A stretch of DNA of 64,000 nt from Eledone cirrhosa (GCA_964016885.1 CAXHJY010001579.1:15730-79729), one strand, 5' to 3'; counted from the stretch's first letter, positions 25,911-41,351 are shown. A program made the numbers and translations. Notes: generated by a model not told the origin, from the letters alone.

Positions 25911-27460
25911 ATGGTGGTGTCATACCCAAAGACTGGTGCAGCAGTATTCTCATAAATTGCTACAAAGGTAAAGGGGATGCTTTGGAGAGGAGCAATTATA
26001 GGGATATAAAACTGATAGATCAGGTTATGAAAGTGGCAGAAAGGATTTTAGCACAACTAATTAGAGAAAGGGTCAAACTAGATGAGATGCAGTTTGGTTT
26101 TGTGCCTGGGAAGAGTGCAACAGATGCCCTCTTCTCGGTGAGACAAATGCAAGAGAGGTTCTTAGATAAGAATAAGCCACTATACTTAGCCTTTGTTGAC
26201 CTAGAGAAGGCCTTTGATAGGGTACCCCGATCTGTCATCTGGTGGTCCCTAAGGAAGCTAGTTGTTGAGGAATGGCTTGTGAGGACAGTGCAAACTTTGT
26301 ACAGAGGTACTCTCAGTAAAGTCAGGGTAGGAATGGAGTTTAGTGAGGAATTCCAGATACAAGTAGGAGTACATCAGGGTTCGGTCCTCAGCCCGCTCTT
26401 GTTCATTATAGTCCTCCAAGCCATAACAGAGGAGTTTAAGACTGGCTGTCCATGGGAACTTCTCTATGCTGACGATCTGGCTCTTATAGCAGAATCAGTA
26501 GAGGAGCTAGAGAATAAATTCCGGCTATGGAAACAGCAGTTGGAAGCAAGAGGACTGAGAGTAAATCTAGCTAAGACAAAAGTGTTGATGAGTAGAAAAG
26601 AGGACAAAACCCTGATTCCGTCAGGGAAATGGCCATGTTCGATATGCAGAAAAGGAACTGGCATAAATTCTATAAAATGCACACAATGCAGGTCCTGGGT
26701 ACACAAGAGATGTAGCGGGATAGCAGGCAAACTAACAGGTAGGGAGAAATATGTATGCAGTAGATGTACAGGGAAATTAGACAGTAGAAGTCGCACTGAT
26801 AGACACATTTTTCAAATGCGAGAGGGCGCTATAGAAGTGGTGGATAGCTTCCGGTACCTAGGAGATCAGATTAGCATGGGTGGAGGGTGTTCCGAGGCCA
26901 TAGTATCTAGAATAAGGACGGGTTGGAAGAAGTTTAGGGAGCTGCTTCCTCTGTTGACGAAGAAGGGTTTCTCCCTGCGTACGAAAGGCCGGTTGTATGA
27001 TGCCTGTGTGAGGAGCGCGATGCTGCATGGTAGTGAGACATGGGCAGCAACCGCAGAGGATATGCGACGGCTGGAGAGAAATGAGGCAAGCATGCTCCGT
27101 TGGATGTGCAGTGTAAATGTGCGTGAACGACCCAGCATAAATGTGTTGAGAGAGAAACTGTGTCTGAGAGGGATAGAATGTAGTGTACGGGAGAGGAGAC
27201 TGAGGTGGTATGGATATGTGATGCGCATGGAGGATGACCGATGGGTGAAGAAGTGCCTGGAAATGCCAGTTGAAGGAAGACGTGGTAGAGGTAGACCACG
27301 AAAAACATGGGCGGAGGTGGTGAGAACAGACCTCAGATCATTGAAGCTCACGGTGGAGATGACGAGGGACCGTGACGAGTGGAGAGATGCTGTGCTGAAT
27401 AAGACCCGTCCCACCCTTGCAAGCAGGGAAAGGCGGACGTAAAATGATGATGATGATGAT
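25911..27460 (+). mobile_element. 5'-truncated RTE LINE with open RT frame (stop at 27442) and (ATG)n tail
   Basis: [62 protein letters not shown]. The tail ATGATGATG runs into TA repeats. Confidence 0.95.
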
Positions 27461-27509
27461 ATATATGTATGTATATATATATATGTATGTATATATGTAT
27501 GTATATATG

Positions 27510-27548
<39 letters not shown>

Positions 27549-27753
27549 ATAAATATGTATGTATGTATATATATATATATATATATATGTATGTAAATAT
27601 ATATGTATGTATGTATATATATATATGTATGTATATATATATGTATGTATGTATGTATATATGTATGTATGTATGTATATATGTATGTATATATATGTAT
27701 GTATGTATGTATATATATATATGTATGTATGTATATATGTATGTATATATATG

Positions 27754-28280
27754 TTTTCTCTTTCTCTTAATTTCGAGTATATTTTTTTGACCGGCCACCT
27801 TCCTGGTGGCAAGGTTGTAAAAGAAAAGAAATTGTCATCCCTTGAATCGCAAGAATGTTTTGCATATTTCGAAGGTGCCAGCTATCGCAGCCATTTGTAG
27901 ACTATGAATTAGGGAGCTGCGCTTTTTGTCCGCAAATCCAAGTTCGGTCATACTTTGGTCCAAGCGGGTTGGTATATAACCCGTAGTTCCAATAATGATG
28001 GGTATGAAGCTAAAGGTGTATCTTGGATACTGGATTTGTAAGCTCCTCATCAATGGTCCGTAGATGTCCTCCTTCTCCTGTATTTTTCTGACAACGTTTA
28101 CATCAAGTGGGCAGCTGATCTCCACAACAGAGCACGTTTTCAATGTGTGGTCCCAAACTACAATATCAGGCCGGTTGTGCTTTAATTTGGTGGCAGTTTT
28201 TATTTTCAGGTTCCACCAGTATTCCTTAGTGCCATCTGTCTCAATATATTCTTCCTCGTTTGTTGTTAATTTTGTTTTCC
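27754..28280 (-). mobile_element. 3' fragment of an R4/Dong-like non-LTR element (restriction-like endonuclease domain)
   Basis: Minus frame [24 protein letters not shown]...[11 protein letters not shown]...KEDIY...IPIIIGTTG (PD-D/ExK RLE), stop at 27835 and a short 3' UTR. Confidence 0.85.
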
Positions 28281-28309
28281 GTATGTATGTATATATGTAT
28301 GTATGTATG

Positions 28310-28343
<34 letters not shown>

Positions 28344-28501
28344 TGTATATGTATGTATGTATGTATATATATATATGTATGTATGTATATATGTATGTAT
28401 GTATATATATATGTATGTATGTATATATGTATGTATGTATGTATGTATATATGTATGTATGTATGTATATATATATATATGTATGTATATATGTATGTAT
28501 G

Positions 28502-28532
<31 letters not shown>

Positions 28533-28607
28533 ATATATGTATGTATGTATGTATGTATATATGTATATATATATGTATATATGTATATATGTATGTATGT
28601 ATATATG

Positions 28608-28647
<40 letters not shown>

Positions 28648-28649
28648 TG

Positions 28650-28719
<70 letters not shown>

Positions 28720-28804
28720 TGTATGTATGTATGTATGTATATATATATATATGTATGTATGTATATATATATGTATATATGTATGTATGTATATATATAT
28801 GTAT

Positions 28805-28836
<32 letters not shown>

Positions 28837-28955
28837 ATGTATATATATGTATGTATGTATGTATGTATATGTATGTATGTATATGTATGTATGTATATGT
28901 ATGTATGTATGTATATATATGTATGTATGTATATATGTATATATATGTATATATG

Positions 28956-28991
<36 letters not shown>

Positions 28992-29149
28992 TGTATATAT
29001 GTATGTATGTATATATGTATGTATGTATATATGTATGTATATATATGTATGTATGTATGTATGTATATGTATGTATATATGTATGTATGTATGTATGTAT
29101 ATGTATGTATATATGTATGTATATATGTATGTATGTATATATGTATGTA

Positions 29150-29185
<36 letters not shown>

Positions 29186-29195
29186 TATATGTATG

Positions 29196-29235
<40 letters not shown>

Positions 29236-29461
29236 TGTATATATATGTATGTATATATATATATATATGTATGTATATATGTATGTATATATATATATAT
29301 ATGTATGTATATATGTATGTATATATGTATGTATATATATATGTATATATATATGTATGTATATATGTATGTATATATGTATGTATGTATATATATATAT
29401 ATATATGTATGTATATATGTATGTATATATATAAATATGTATATATGTATATATATGTATG

Positions 29462-29492
<31 letters not shown>

Positions 29493-29533
29493 ATATGTAT
29501 ATATGTATGTATGTATATATGTATATATGTATG

Positions 29534-29567
<34 letters not shown>

Positions 29568-29649
29568 TGTATATATGTATATATGTATGTATGTATATAT
29601 GTATATATGTATGTATATATGTATGTATGTATGTATATATGTATGTATG

Positions 29650-29680
<31 letters not shown>

Positions 29681-29749
29681 ATATGTATGTATATATATAT
29701 GTATATATGTATGTATATATATATATATATATGTATGTATATATGTATG

Positions 29750-29780
<31 letters not shown>

Positions 29781-30037
29781 ATATGTATGTATATATATAT
29801 GTATATATATGTATGTATATATATATATGTATGTATATATGTATGTATATATATATGTATATATGTATGTATATATATATGTATATATATGTATGTATAT
29901 ATATATATGTATGTATATATGTATGTATATATATATATATATATGTATGTATATATGTATGTATATATATATATATATATATGTATGTATATATGTATGT
30001 ATATATATATCTATATATATGTATGTATATATGTATG

Positions 30038-30068
<31 letters not shown>

Positions 30069-30189
30069 GTATATATATATATATATGTATGTATATATAT
30101 ATATATATATATGTATGTATATATATATATATATGTATGTATATATATATATATATATATGTATGTATATATATATATATATATGTATG

Positions 30190-30227
<38 letters not shown>

Positions 30228-30329
30228 TATATATATATATATGTATGTATATATGTATGTATATATATATATATATGTATGTATATATGTATGTATATAT
30301 ATATATATATATGTATGTATATATGTATG

Positions 30330-30360
<31 letters not shown>

Positions 30361-30441
30361 ATATGTATGTATATATATATATATATATATGTATGTATAT
30401 ATGTATGTATATATATATATATATGTATGTATGTATGTATG

Positions 30442-30472
<31 letters not shown>

Positions 30473-30713
30473 GTATATATATATATATATATGTATGTAT
30501 ATATGTATGTATATATATATATATGTATGTATATATGTATGTATATATATATATATGTATGTATATATGTATGTATATATATATATATGTATGTATATAT
30601 GTATGTATATATATATATATATATGTATCTATATATGTATGTATATATATATATATATATGTATCTATATATGTATGTATATATATATATATATATGTAT
30701 CTATATATGTATG

Positions 30714-30776
<63 letters not shown>

Positions 30777-30787
30777 GTATATGTATG

Positions 30788-30824
<37 letters not shown>

Positions 30825-30871
30825 GTATATGTATGTATATATATATATATATATATGTATGTATATGTATG

Positions 30872-30908
<37 letters not shown>

Positions 30909-30919
30909 GTATATGTATG

Positions 30920-30952
<33 letters not shown>

Positions 30953-30993
30953 GTATATATGTATATATATATATATATATATGTATGTATATG

Positions 30994-31036
<43 letters not shown>

Positions 31037-31073
31037 ATGTATGTATATATATATATATATATGTATGTATATG

Positions 31074-31116
<43 letters not shown>

Positions 31117-31123
31117 ATGTATG

Positions 31124-31160
<37 letters not shown>

Positions 31161-31167
31161 ATGTATG

Positions 31168-31204
<37 letters not shown>

Positions 31205-31211
31205 ATGTATG

Positions 31212-31248
<37 letters not shown>

Positions 31249-31359
31249 ATGTATGTATATATATATATATGTATGTATGTATATGTATGTATATATATAT
31301 ATATGTATGTATGTATATGTATGTATATATATATATATATATGTATGTATATATGTATG

Positions 31360-31396
<37 letters not shown>

Positions 31397-31403
31397 ATGT
31401 ATG

Positions 31404-31489
<86 letters not shown>

Positions 31490-31491
31490 TA

Positions 31492-31558
<67 letters not shown>

Positions 31559-31563
31559 ATATA

Positions 31564-31596
<33 letters not shown>

Positions 31597-31735
31597 ATAT
31601 ATGTATGTATGTATGTATATATATATGTATGTATGTATGTATGTATATATGTATATATATATGTATGTATGTATATATATATGTATGTATGTATGTATAT
31701 ATGTATATATATATGTATATATGTATATATATATG

Positions 31736-31766
<31 letters not shown>

Positions 31767-31970
31767 GTATGTATGTATGTATATATATATATGTATGTAT
31801 GTATGTATATATGTATGTATGTATGTATATGTATATATGTATGTATATATGTATATGTATATATGTATGTATATATGTATGTATATGTATATATGTATGT
31901 ATATATGTATGTATATATATATGTATGGATGTATGTATGTATATATATATATATGTATGTATGTATATAT

Positions 31971-32580
31971 GTCAGGTCACCAGTTGGTGCTATTGGTAAC
32001 ATGTATCCCAGTACAACCTGTCTCATGGTCGGGTCGTTGGCGACTAAACTGGCAACCCCACTAAGGTTTCTTGGTGAGGAGGGTGGCTTTGGACATCCTG
32101 CAGGACTAAAAACAAAACCTGTCAAAAGGCAAAGGGGCTCTTAAGAGTCAATAGCCATCCAAAATCACTGGGAGAGATGACCCCTTAGCCTTTGTCAAGG
32201 CAGAATTCTAGGAGAAGGAAAACTCTGATATAACACCTGCAACCCTGATGGTATCCAATGATGTTGAATTGTTCTTCTTTTTGGTAAATATCATCTTGGT
32301 TAAGAGAGTGGGACTGGCTTTGTGCAGTGCCTTTGCTCACTAGAAAAGCTTCACAGCACAGGCATTGCTTTATATCTGGAGATCTCTCTGCACTTGTCGT
32401 CACATGGTACCAAGGGCCCAGCACTATGTGTCAATAAATGTCACAAGTGTAGTGTTTGTACCAGAGTTTTCAAGTCGCTGGCTGGACTAAAAAGTAACAC
32501 TCGTTCAGCGCATTGGTAGGGGTTCTCCTACATGGATATAAAGTAGTGGCCGTACTCGAAAACGAGTTGGCAGCCACCAT
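31971..32580 (+). mobile_element. Bipartite RTE derivative, copy 2 (610 bp)
   Basis: GTCAGGTCACC...CTCGAAAACGAGTTGGCAGCCACCAT, flanked by TA/TATG. Confidence 0.9.
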
Positions 32581-33398
32581 GTATATATATATATATATGT
32601 ATATGTGTATGTATGTATGTATGTGTATATATATGTATATGTATGTGTATGTATGTATGTATATGTGTATTATGTATATATATGTGTATATATATATATA
32701 TGTATTGTGTATATATGTATGTATTGTGTATATATGTATGTATTGTGTATATGTATATATATATATATATGTATGTATATATATATGTATGTATATGTAT
32801 GTATATGTGTATGTATGTATATGTATGTATGTGTATATGTATGTGTGTGTGTATGTATATATATGTGTATGTATGTATGTATATGTATGTATATGTATAT
32901 GTATGTATATATTTTTTTTGTATATATATATGTATATGTATGTGTATGTGTGTATGTGTGTGTATATATGTGTATATGTGTATGTATGTATATATATATG
33001 TATGTATATGTATATGTATATATATATGTATGTATGTGTGTATATATGTATGTGTGTATATATATATGTATTATGTATATATATATGTATATTATGTATG
33101 TATGTGTATTGTGTATATATATGTATGTGTATTGTGTATATATATGTGTATATAGATATATGTATATATGTGTATTATGTATGTATATGTGTATATATAT
33201 ATGTATATGTATATGTATGTATATATATGTATGTATGTATGTATGTGTGTATGTATGTATGTGTGTAGGTATATATGTATATATATATGTATGTATGTAT
33301 ATATGTATGTATGTGTGTATATGTATGTATGTATGTATGTATATGTATATGTGTATGTATATATATATGTATGTATATATATATGTATATATATATAT

Positions 33399-34008
33399 GT
33401 CAGGTCACCACTTGGTGCTACTGGTAACATGTATCCCAGTACAACCTGTCTCATGGTCGGGTCGTTGGCGACTAAACTGGCAATCCCACCAAGGTTTCTT
33501 GTTGAGGAGGGTGACTTTGGACATCCTGCAGGACTAAAAACAAAACCTGTCAAAGGGCAAAGGAGCTCTTAAGAGTCAATGGCCATCCAAAATCACTGGG
33601 AGAGATGACCCCTTAGCCTTTGTCAAGGCAGATTTCTAGGAGAAGGAAAACTCTGATATAACACCTGCAACCCTGATGGTATCCAATGATGTTGACTTGT
33701 TCTTCTTTTTGGTAAATATCATCTTGGTTAAGACAGTGGGACTGGCTTTGTGCAGTGCCTTTGCTCACTATAAAAGCTTCACGGCACAGGCATTGCTTTA
33801 TATCTGGAGATCTCTCTGCACTTGTCGTCACATGGTACCAACTACAAAGCACTATGTGTCAATAATTGTCACAAATGTAGTGTTTGTACTAGAGTTTTCA
33901 AGTCGCTGGCTGGACTAAAAAGTCACACTCGTTCAGCGCATCGGTAGGGGTTCTCCTACATGGATATAAAGTAGTGGCCGTACTCGAAAACGAGTTGGCA
34001 GCCACCAT
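33399..34008 (+). mobile_element. Bipartite RTE derivative, copy 3 (610 bp)
   Basis: Same termini as copy 2. Confidence 0.9.
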
Positions 34009-34443
34009 ATATATATGTATGTATGTATATATATATGTATATATATATATGTATGTATGTATATATATATGTATGTATGTATATATATATGTATGTATGT
34101 ATATATATATCTGAACACTGCCCGAACTGCATGCACAAGAACTTTGCAACATTCAAACACTTTAAGCCAGTGTTAAAGCCCGATGGCTAAAAACGACCTC
34201 CCCCTATTGGCCCCTATACATCCTCCCCACCCTACCCCCACCCCTCCTCAACCTGAAATACGGCCACTATGGTCATGTGAGTACCTCTTTTGTATCTACT
34301 TTTTCTGCCTGTAGAGGTGTCTTTATGTGCCTGTGTATATGCGTATATTTATTGAGTACCTATTTACTTGTATGTGTATATATTTGTTTGTATATGTGTA
34401 TATGTGTATGTGTTGTGTGTGTATATATATATGTATGTGTATG

Positions 34444-34476
<33 letters not shown>

Positions 34477-34483
34477 GTATATA

Positions 34484-34538
<55 letters not shown>

Positions 34539-34648
34539 ATGTATATATGTGTATATATATATATGTTTGTGTGAATACGTGTTTTATGTGTGTATATTTA
34601 TGTTTGTATGTATGTATGTATATATGTGTGTGTATGTATGTATATGTA

Positions 34649-34704
<56 letters not shown>

Positions 34705-35004
34705 TGTATGTATATGTACGTATATGTATGTGTATGTATATGTGTGTGTGTATGTATGTGTATGTATATGTATGTTTGTATATGTGTGTGTGTGTATATA
34801 TTTGTCTGTATATATGTGTATGTATGTATATGTATGTGTATGTATGTGTATGTATATATATGTATATATATATATATATATATGGATATATATGTATATA
34901 TATATATGTGTATATATATATATATGTGTGTATATATATATATATATGTGTGTATATGTATATATATATATATATGCGTGTGCGTGTATGTGTGTATATG
35001 TGTG

Positions 35005-35043
<39 letters not shown>

Positions 35044-35295
35044 ATATGTATGTGTTTGTGTGTATGTATATGTATATATATGTGTGTATATATGTGTGTG
35101 TATTTGTGAGTGTATATGTACATATATGAGTGTGTGTGTATGTACGTATGTGTATGTATATGTTTGTGTATATGTATATGCATGCGTGTATATATATATA
35201 TGTATATATATGTGTATATATATATATGTATGTATGTATGTGTATGTGTATGTGTGTGTATGTATGTATTTGTATGTGTCTGTGTATATATACAT

Positions 35296-35335
<40 letters not shown>

Positions 35336-35442
35336 ATATATATGTATATATGTGTATATATGTGCATGAGAGAGAGAATGTGTGTGTGTATATATATTTT
35401 GTGTGTGGGTGTGTGTATGTGTGTACGCACGTGTGTGTGTGT

Positions 35443-35482
<40 letters not shown>

Positions 35483-35498
35483 ATGTGTGTGTGTATGC

Positions 35499-35548
<50 letters not shown>

Positions 35549-35851
35549 ATGTATATATATATGTGTGTGTATTTGTGCGTTATATCTCTGTATATATATG
35601 TGTATATTTATGTATAGGTCTGTGTATGCATGTGTACGTTTGTGTATGTATGGATTTATGTATGTATATATATATGTGTGTATATATATATATATATATA
35701 CATGTGTATATATGTATATATATATATATATATATGTATTTGTATGTGTGTGTTTAGAGGGATATATATATATATATGTATGTATATATGTGTGTGTGTA
35801 TGTATGTGTATGTATATATATATATATATGTATATGTGTGTATGTATATAT

Positions 35852-35892
<41 letters not shown>

Positions 35893-36168
35893 TATATGTA
35901 TGTAAGTGTATATATGTGTATGTGTGTGTGTATGTATGTGTGTATATATATGTATGTGTATATATGTATATATATATATATGTGTGTGTATGTGTGTGTG
36001 TATAGATATTTATACATATGTATACTCGTGTTTGTATGTATGCGTGTGAGTGTATTTACTTGTGTATATATATATGTGTGTATGTGTGTATGTATGTGTA
36101 TGTGTGTGTGTATCCGTGTGTGTGTGTATATATATATATATGTATATATATATATGTATATATGTATG

Positions 36169-36213
<45 letters not shown>

Positions 36214-36328
36214 GTATATGTATGTATGTGTGTATATATATATATGTATATATATATATGTATGTATGTGTGTGTGTGTGTATGTGTGTATATATATATA
36301 TATATATGTGTATATATGTATGTGTGTG

Positions 36329-36378
<50 letters not shown>

Positions 36379-36659
36379 GTGTGCGTATGTATATGTGTAT
36401 ATGTATTTTATATATGTATGTATGTATGTATGTGTGTATGTATGTGCGTGTACATGAATATATATTTGTATATATTTATATACTTTTTTTATATATGTGT
36501 GTGTGTTTTTATGTGTGTATTTGTGTTTATGTGTGTGTTTATGGTTGCGCGTAAGTGTGTGAGTGAGTATGTGTGTTTTTTGGGGTTTTTTTTTTTTAGG
36601 TGTGGGTTTTTTTTGTTTTTCTGTTTTTTTTTGGTTTTTTTGGGGTTTTTTTGTTTTTT

Positions 36660-37653
36660 TGTGAATGTGTCTGTTGATTTGGCATATTGTTGATTAGTTT
36701 AAGAGAAGTTCGAAGATAATAGTAAGATATGCACTCAGTATTTTTAATCTGTCTGCAGAATTCCCTAGACCTTTGTCACTTAGCAGAACTTAATGACTTT
36801 AGCTTTTAAAGAATCTCCCTTTTCTTTAACTCTATGGAGCATGAATGACCCCCCACTGATTTTATAGACATCTGCTTGCTTAAGAGAAACTTATTGACAA
36901 GGAATGGTATGCCATCCGGAACTTGTTTATAGATTTCTGTCTGCCTTTGTTACTCTAAAAACATAAATAAATATAAATTAACTATAGCTATGTAGAATTA
37001 GCCTTTAATGAATTCCCTTCTCTATCAACCAATGACCTGCACCCATCCCACTCCCCACCCTCTCCTACCACTTGTAGAGACCTATAAATACCATATTTAT
37101 CTTTTGATACCCAGATTCCTGATGATTTCTAATGAATGAAACAGTTCTAGTCCTGTAGAATCTCTTCTATATTAAAACTATTATACTCTGCTATGTATTG
37201 AGTACCTTACTTACTGTGGTTACCTCCGATTCAACCCGGAATAACGTACATTTTAGCACTCTCTGTGCCCCTTATAACCATCATCAAGAAACCATGTTGA
37301 CCAAACTCGACCTTGATATTTCCTTGAAGAACATCCCTATCCCTCCAAGGAAACTATACTTAAAAACACTCATCAGACGTACCGACGAGTTCATCAAGCG
37401 AATTAGATGGAGGGCCTTCTTCCTCGACAACCCTGATGTAGCATCTACCAATGATGAGAAGTTCGGCTTCAAAACGAATAAGACACCACCCACCAACAGC
37501 CTACTCCAACCATTTGAGGAAGACCTCTTCAAGATGATCAAGGATATTAAATTCCGTAGAGCCACCACACCATTCCAGGCCTACTTAAATGCCGAATTAC
37601 GGAATATAAAAAAATCCCCTAATCTTTATGTCTCCTCCGATAAAACCAAAAAT
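36660..37653 (+). mobile_element. Penelope-like element 5' part (pLTR and ORF N-terminus from ATG 37294), cut off by microsatellite
   Basis: [30 protein letters not shown]...FGFKT...SDKTKN is homologous to the N-terminus of the RT ORF at 62836. A hammerhead lies upstream. Confidence 0.8.
37113..37163 (+). ncRNA. Type I hammerhead ribozyme
   Basis: Stem I AGATTC/GAATCT, core CTGATGA, stem II TTC-TAAT-GAA, GAAA, stem III ACAG/CTGT, cleavage triplet GTA. Confidence 0.8.
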
Positions 37654-37654
37654 G

Positions 37655-37923
<269 letters not shown>

Positions 37924-37940
37924 GTATATATGTATGTATG

Positions 37941-37971
<31 letters not shown>

Positions 37972-38136
37972 GTATATATGTATGTATGTATGTATATATA
38001 TATATATGTATATGTATGTATGTATGTATATATATATATATGTATATATATATATGTATATATATATATGTATGTATGTATGTATATATGTATGTATGTA
38101 TGTATATATATATATATGTATATGTATGTATGTATG

Positions 38137-38167
<31 letters not shown>

Positions 38168-38284
38168 GTATATATATGTATGTATGTATATATATATATA
38201 TGTATATATATATATGTATATATATGTATGTATGTATATATATATATGTATATATATATATGTATGTATGTATGTATATATATG

Positions 38285-38317
<33 letters not shown>

Positions 38318-38478
38318 ATATATATATGTATGTATGTATGTATGTATATATATATATGTATGTATGTATGTATGTATATGTATGTATGTATGTATATATA
38401 TATATATATGTATGTATATATGTATGTATGTACGTATGTATATATATATATGTATGTATGTATATATATATATGTATG

Positions 38479-38539
<61 letters not shown>

Positions 38540-38580
38540 ATATATATATGTATGTATATATATATATATATATATGTATG

Positions 38581-38676
<96 letters not shown>

Positions 38677-38780
38677 TGTATGTATGTATATATATATGTA
38701 TATATGTATGTATGTATATATATATATATGTATATATGTATGTATGTATATATATATATATGTATGTATGTATGTATGTA

Positions 38781-38814
<34 letters not shown>

Positions 38815-38815
38815 T

Positions 38816-40551
38816 ATAACTTTGAATAACTTTGAAATGTTTTGGCCAGTATTGGCCCAGGCCATGTCTAACTTAATAGCACCACCTGGCGAAGTCTTTC
38901 AATTCAGGATTTGGGCACCATGGCCCATTCGAGAAGAGAATTACTGTTTGCGGAGACATATCCGGGTGTGGGTGGTTTGTCCGGGATTACTTGGAGGAAT
39001 TTGTCCAAAGACTTCTTGAATCTTGTGTGGTCAGTTTCTGTTTTGACGTGTCCTGGTGTGATGTTGAAGAGAGCAGGGCCGATTGAGGTGAAATAATTGT
39101 GCCGTATTGTTGTTATGAGTTGCGATTTAGATTTTTGAATGGGACGGATAGCACGGGGCCCAAGCCTTGGGTGTATCTTGAAGGCGATGCCAACATCATT
39201 TGGGCAGTGATGATGGAACATTTTCCACATCATGCAGATAATATAACGCTCACGGCGACGTTGGAGTGAGTAAAGTTTCAGGTTTTCCAATCGACCCCAG
39301 TAGTCAAGGTCTGACATGCCATCTATCTTTTTCGTGATTGCCCTTTGAGGAGCTTCAAGTTTCATGATACTTTGTTTCGTGTGGGGAGACCACAGTGGAC
39401 AACAGTATTCAAGGTGTGGTCGGGCGAAAGTAGAGAAGAGAAGGATAATGGTGCGGGAATCTCTCGACTGGAAGGTTCTGAGGATCCAGGAACACATTCT
39501 GCGGGCCTTGTCAACTTTGCTGCTTATATGCGTGGTCCAGCTTATGTTGCTGTCCACGGTTACTCCCAAGTCTCTGATGTTGTTAGATGCCACGAGAGTT
39601 TCCCCGGAGGGAAGGGAGTACGGGAGTTTCAGAGCATCCTCTTTTCCAAAGTGGATCAGTTCGAATTTGTCTTCGTTCAGTAACATGTTGTTCTTTTCTG
39701 CCCATTGGGTAACAGCCAGTAGGTCTGACTGAAGGCTTATCCGGTCATCCACGCCATTGATGACCTTTTGGAGCTTGGAATCATCAGCGAAAATTTTAAT
39801 GTTGCTGTGTTTGATGATGTCAGTGATGTCATTAATATAGATGATGAAGAGAAGTGGGCCCAACACAGTGCCTTGTGGGACTCCACTACTGACTTTGGCT
39901 GGGCTTGATTTGACTCCCTCAACTACAACATGTTGGGTTCTGTTTGACAGGAAGCTCTTGATCCACTGCAGCAGCTTTCCAGTGACACCAATATTGGACA
40001 GCTTTCTCAGTAGAATGTTATGATCAACCCTGTCAAAGGCCTTGCTGAAATCAAGGTAGAAAGGTAGATAACATCAGTGTTGGAACCCTCTCCCAAGGCT
40101 CTCAAAATGTCATCAAAGTGATGCAGTAGTTGCGTCAGGCAATCCCTTCCATTACGGAATCCATGCTGGTTGGAGTTCAGCATATTGTTACTCTCAAGGA
40201 AGTGGGTCATTCGCGATCTCACCACTCGCTCAAATACCTTAATGATATGAGAGGTGAGTGAGATTGGACGGTAATTCACGGCAAGGGATTTGTTTCCCTT
40301 TTTGAAAACTGGCACAACAGACTGGGATAGAAGGTTTTCTGGCACATATCCAGCATCCAGTGAGTTCCGCCACAGATTGGCAAGAGGAGAAGCAAGTTGG
40401 TGTTGACACGCCTTCAAGACACAAGCAGGGGAACCTATGGGGACCTACTGCTGAATTATGTTTGATTTCCTTTATTGCCGCCAAGACATCAGGGGCGCCA
40501 AACGTTATGTCCGATAAGGTGTAATGGGGAGTAACATCGCCGATACAGCCC
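38816..40551 (-). mobile_element. 5'-truncated CR1-group LINE (RT and C-terminus)
   Basis: [54 protein letters not shown]. An 8-bp duplication (AAGGTAGA x2, 40053-40068) shifts the frame. The 3' end is a short tandem repeat. Confidence 0.9.
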
Positions 40552-40572
40552 ATATATATATATATGTATGTA

Positions 40573-40642
<70 letters not shown>

Positions 40643-40644
40643 TG

Positions 40645-40675
<31 letters not shown>

Positions 40676-40778
40676 ATATATATAGTATATATATGTATGT
40701 ATATATATATGTATATATATATATGTATGTATGTATATGTATTGTATATATATGTATGTATATATATATGTATGTATG

Positions 40779-40812
<34 letters not shown>

Positions 40813-40980
40813 TGTATATATATGTATGTATGTATATATATGTATGTATATGTATATATATATGTATATATATATATGTATGTATGTATATATATATATA
40901 TATGTATGTATGCTATATGTATGTATATATAGTATGTATATATATGTTATGTATGTATATATAGGTATATATATATATGT

Positions 40981-41012
<32 letters not shown>

Positions 41013-41311
41013 TATGTATATATGTATATATACTTGTATGTATGTATATATGTATGTATGTATATATATATATATGTATGTATATATATATGTGTATATA
41101 TATATATGTATGTATGTATATGTATGTATATATATGTATGTATAGTATATATGTATATATATGTATGTATGTATATATATGTATGTATATGTATATATAT
41201 ATGTATATATATATACTGTATATATATATAATATGTATGTATGTATATGTATATATATATATATGTATGTATAATTGTATGTATATATATGTATAATATA
41301 TGTATGTATGT

Positions 41312-41348
<37 letters not shown>

Positions 41349-41351
41349 ATG

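Noticed and set aside
34111-34330. Short unique island possibly encoding a PLE C-terminus (CMHKNF)
   Set aside because: Too short to support a call.
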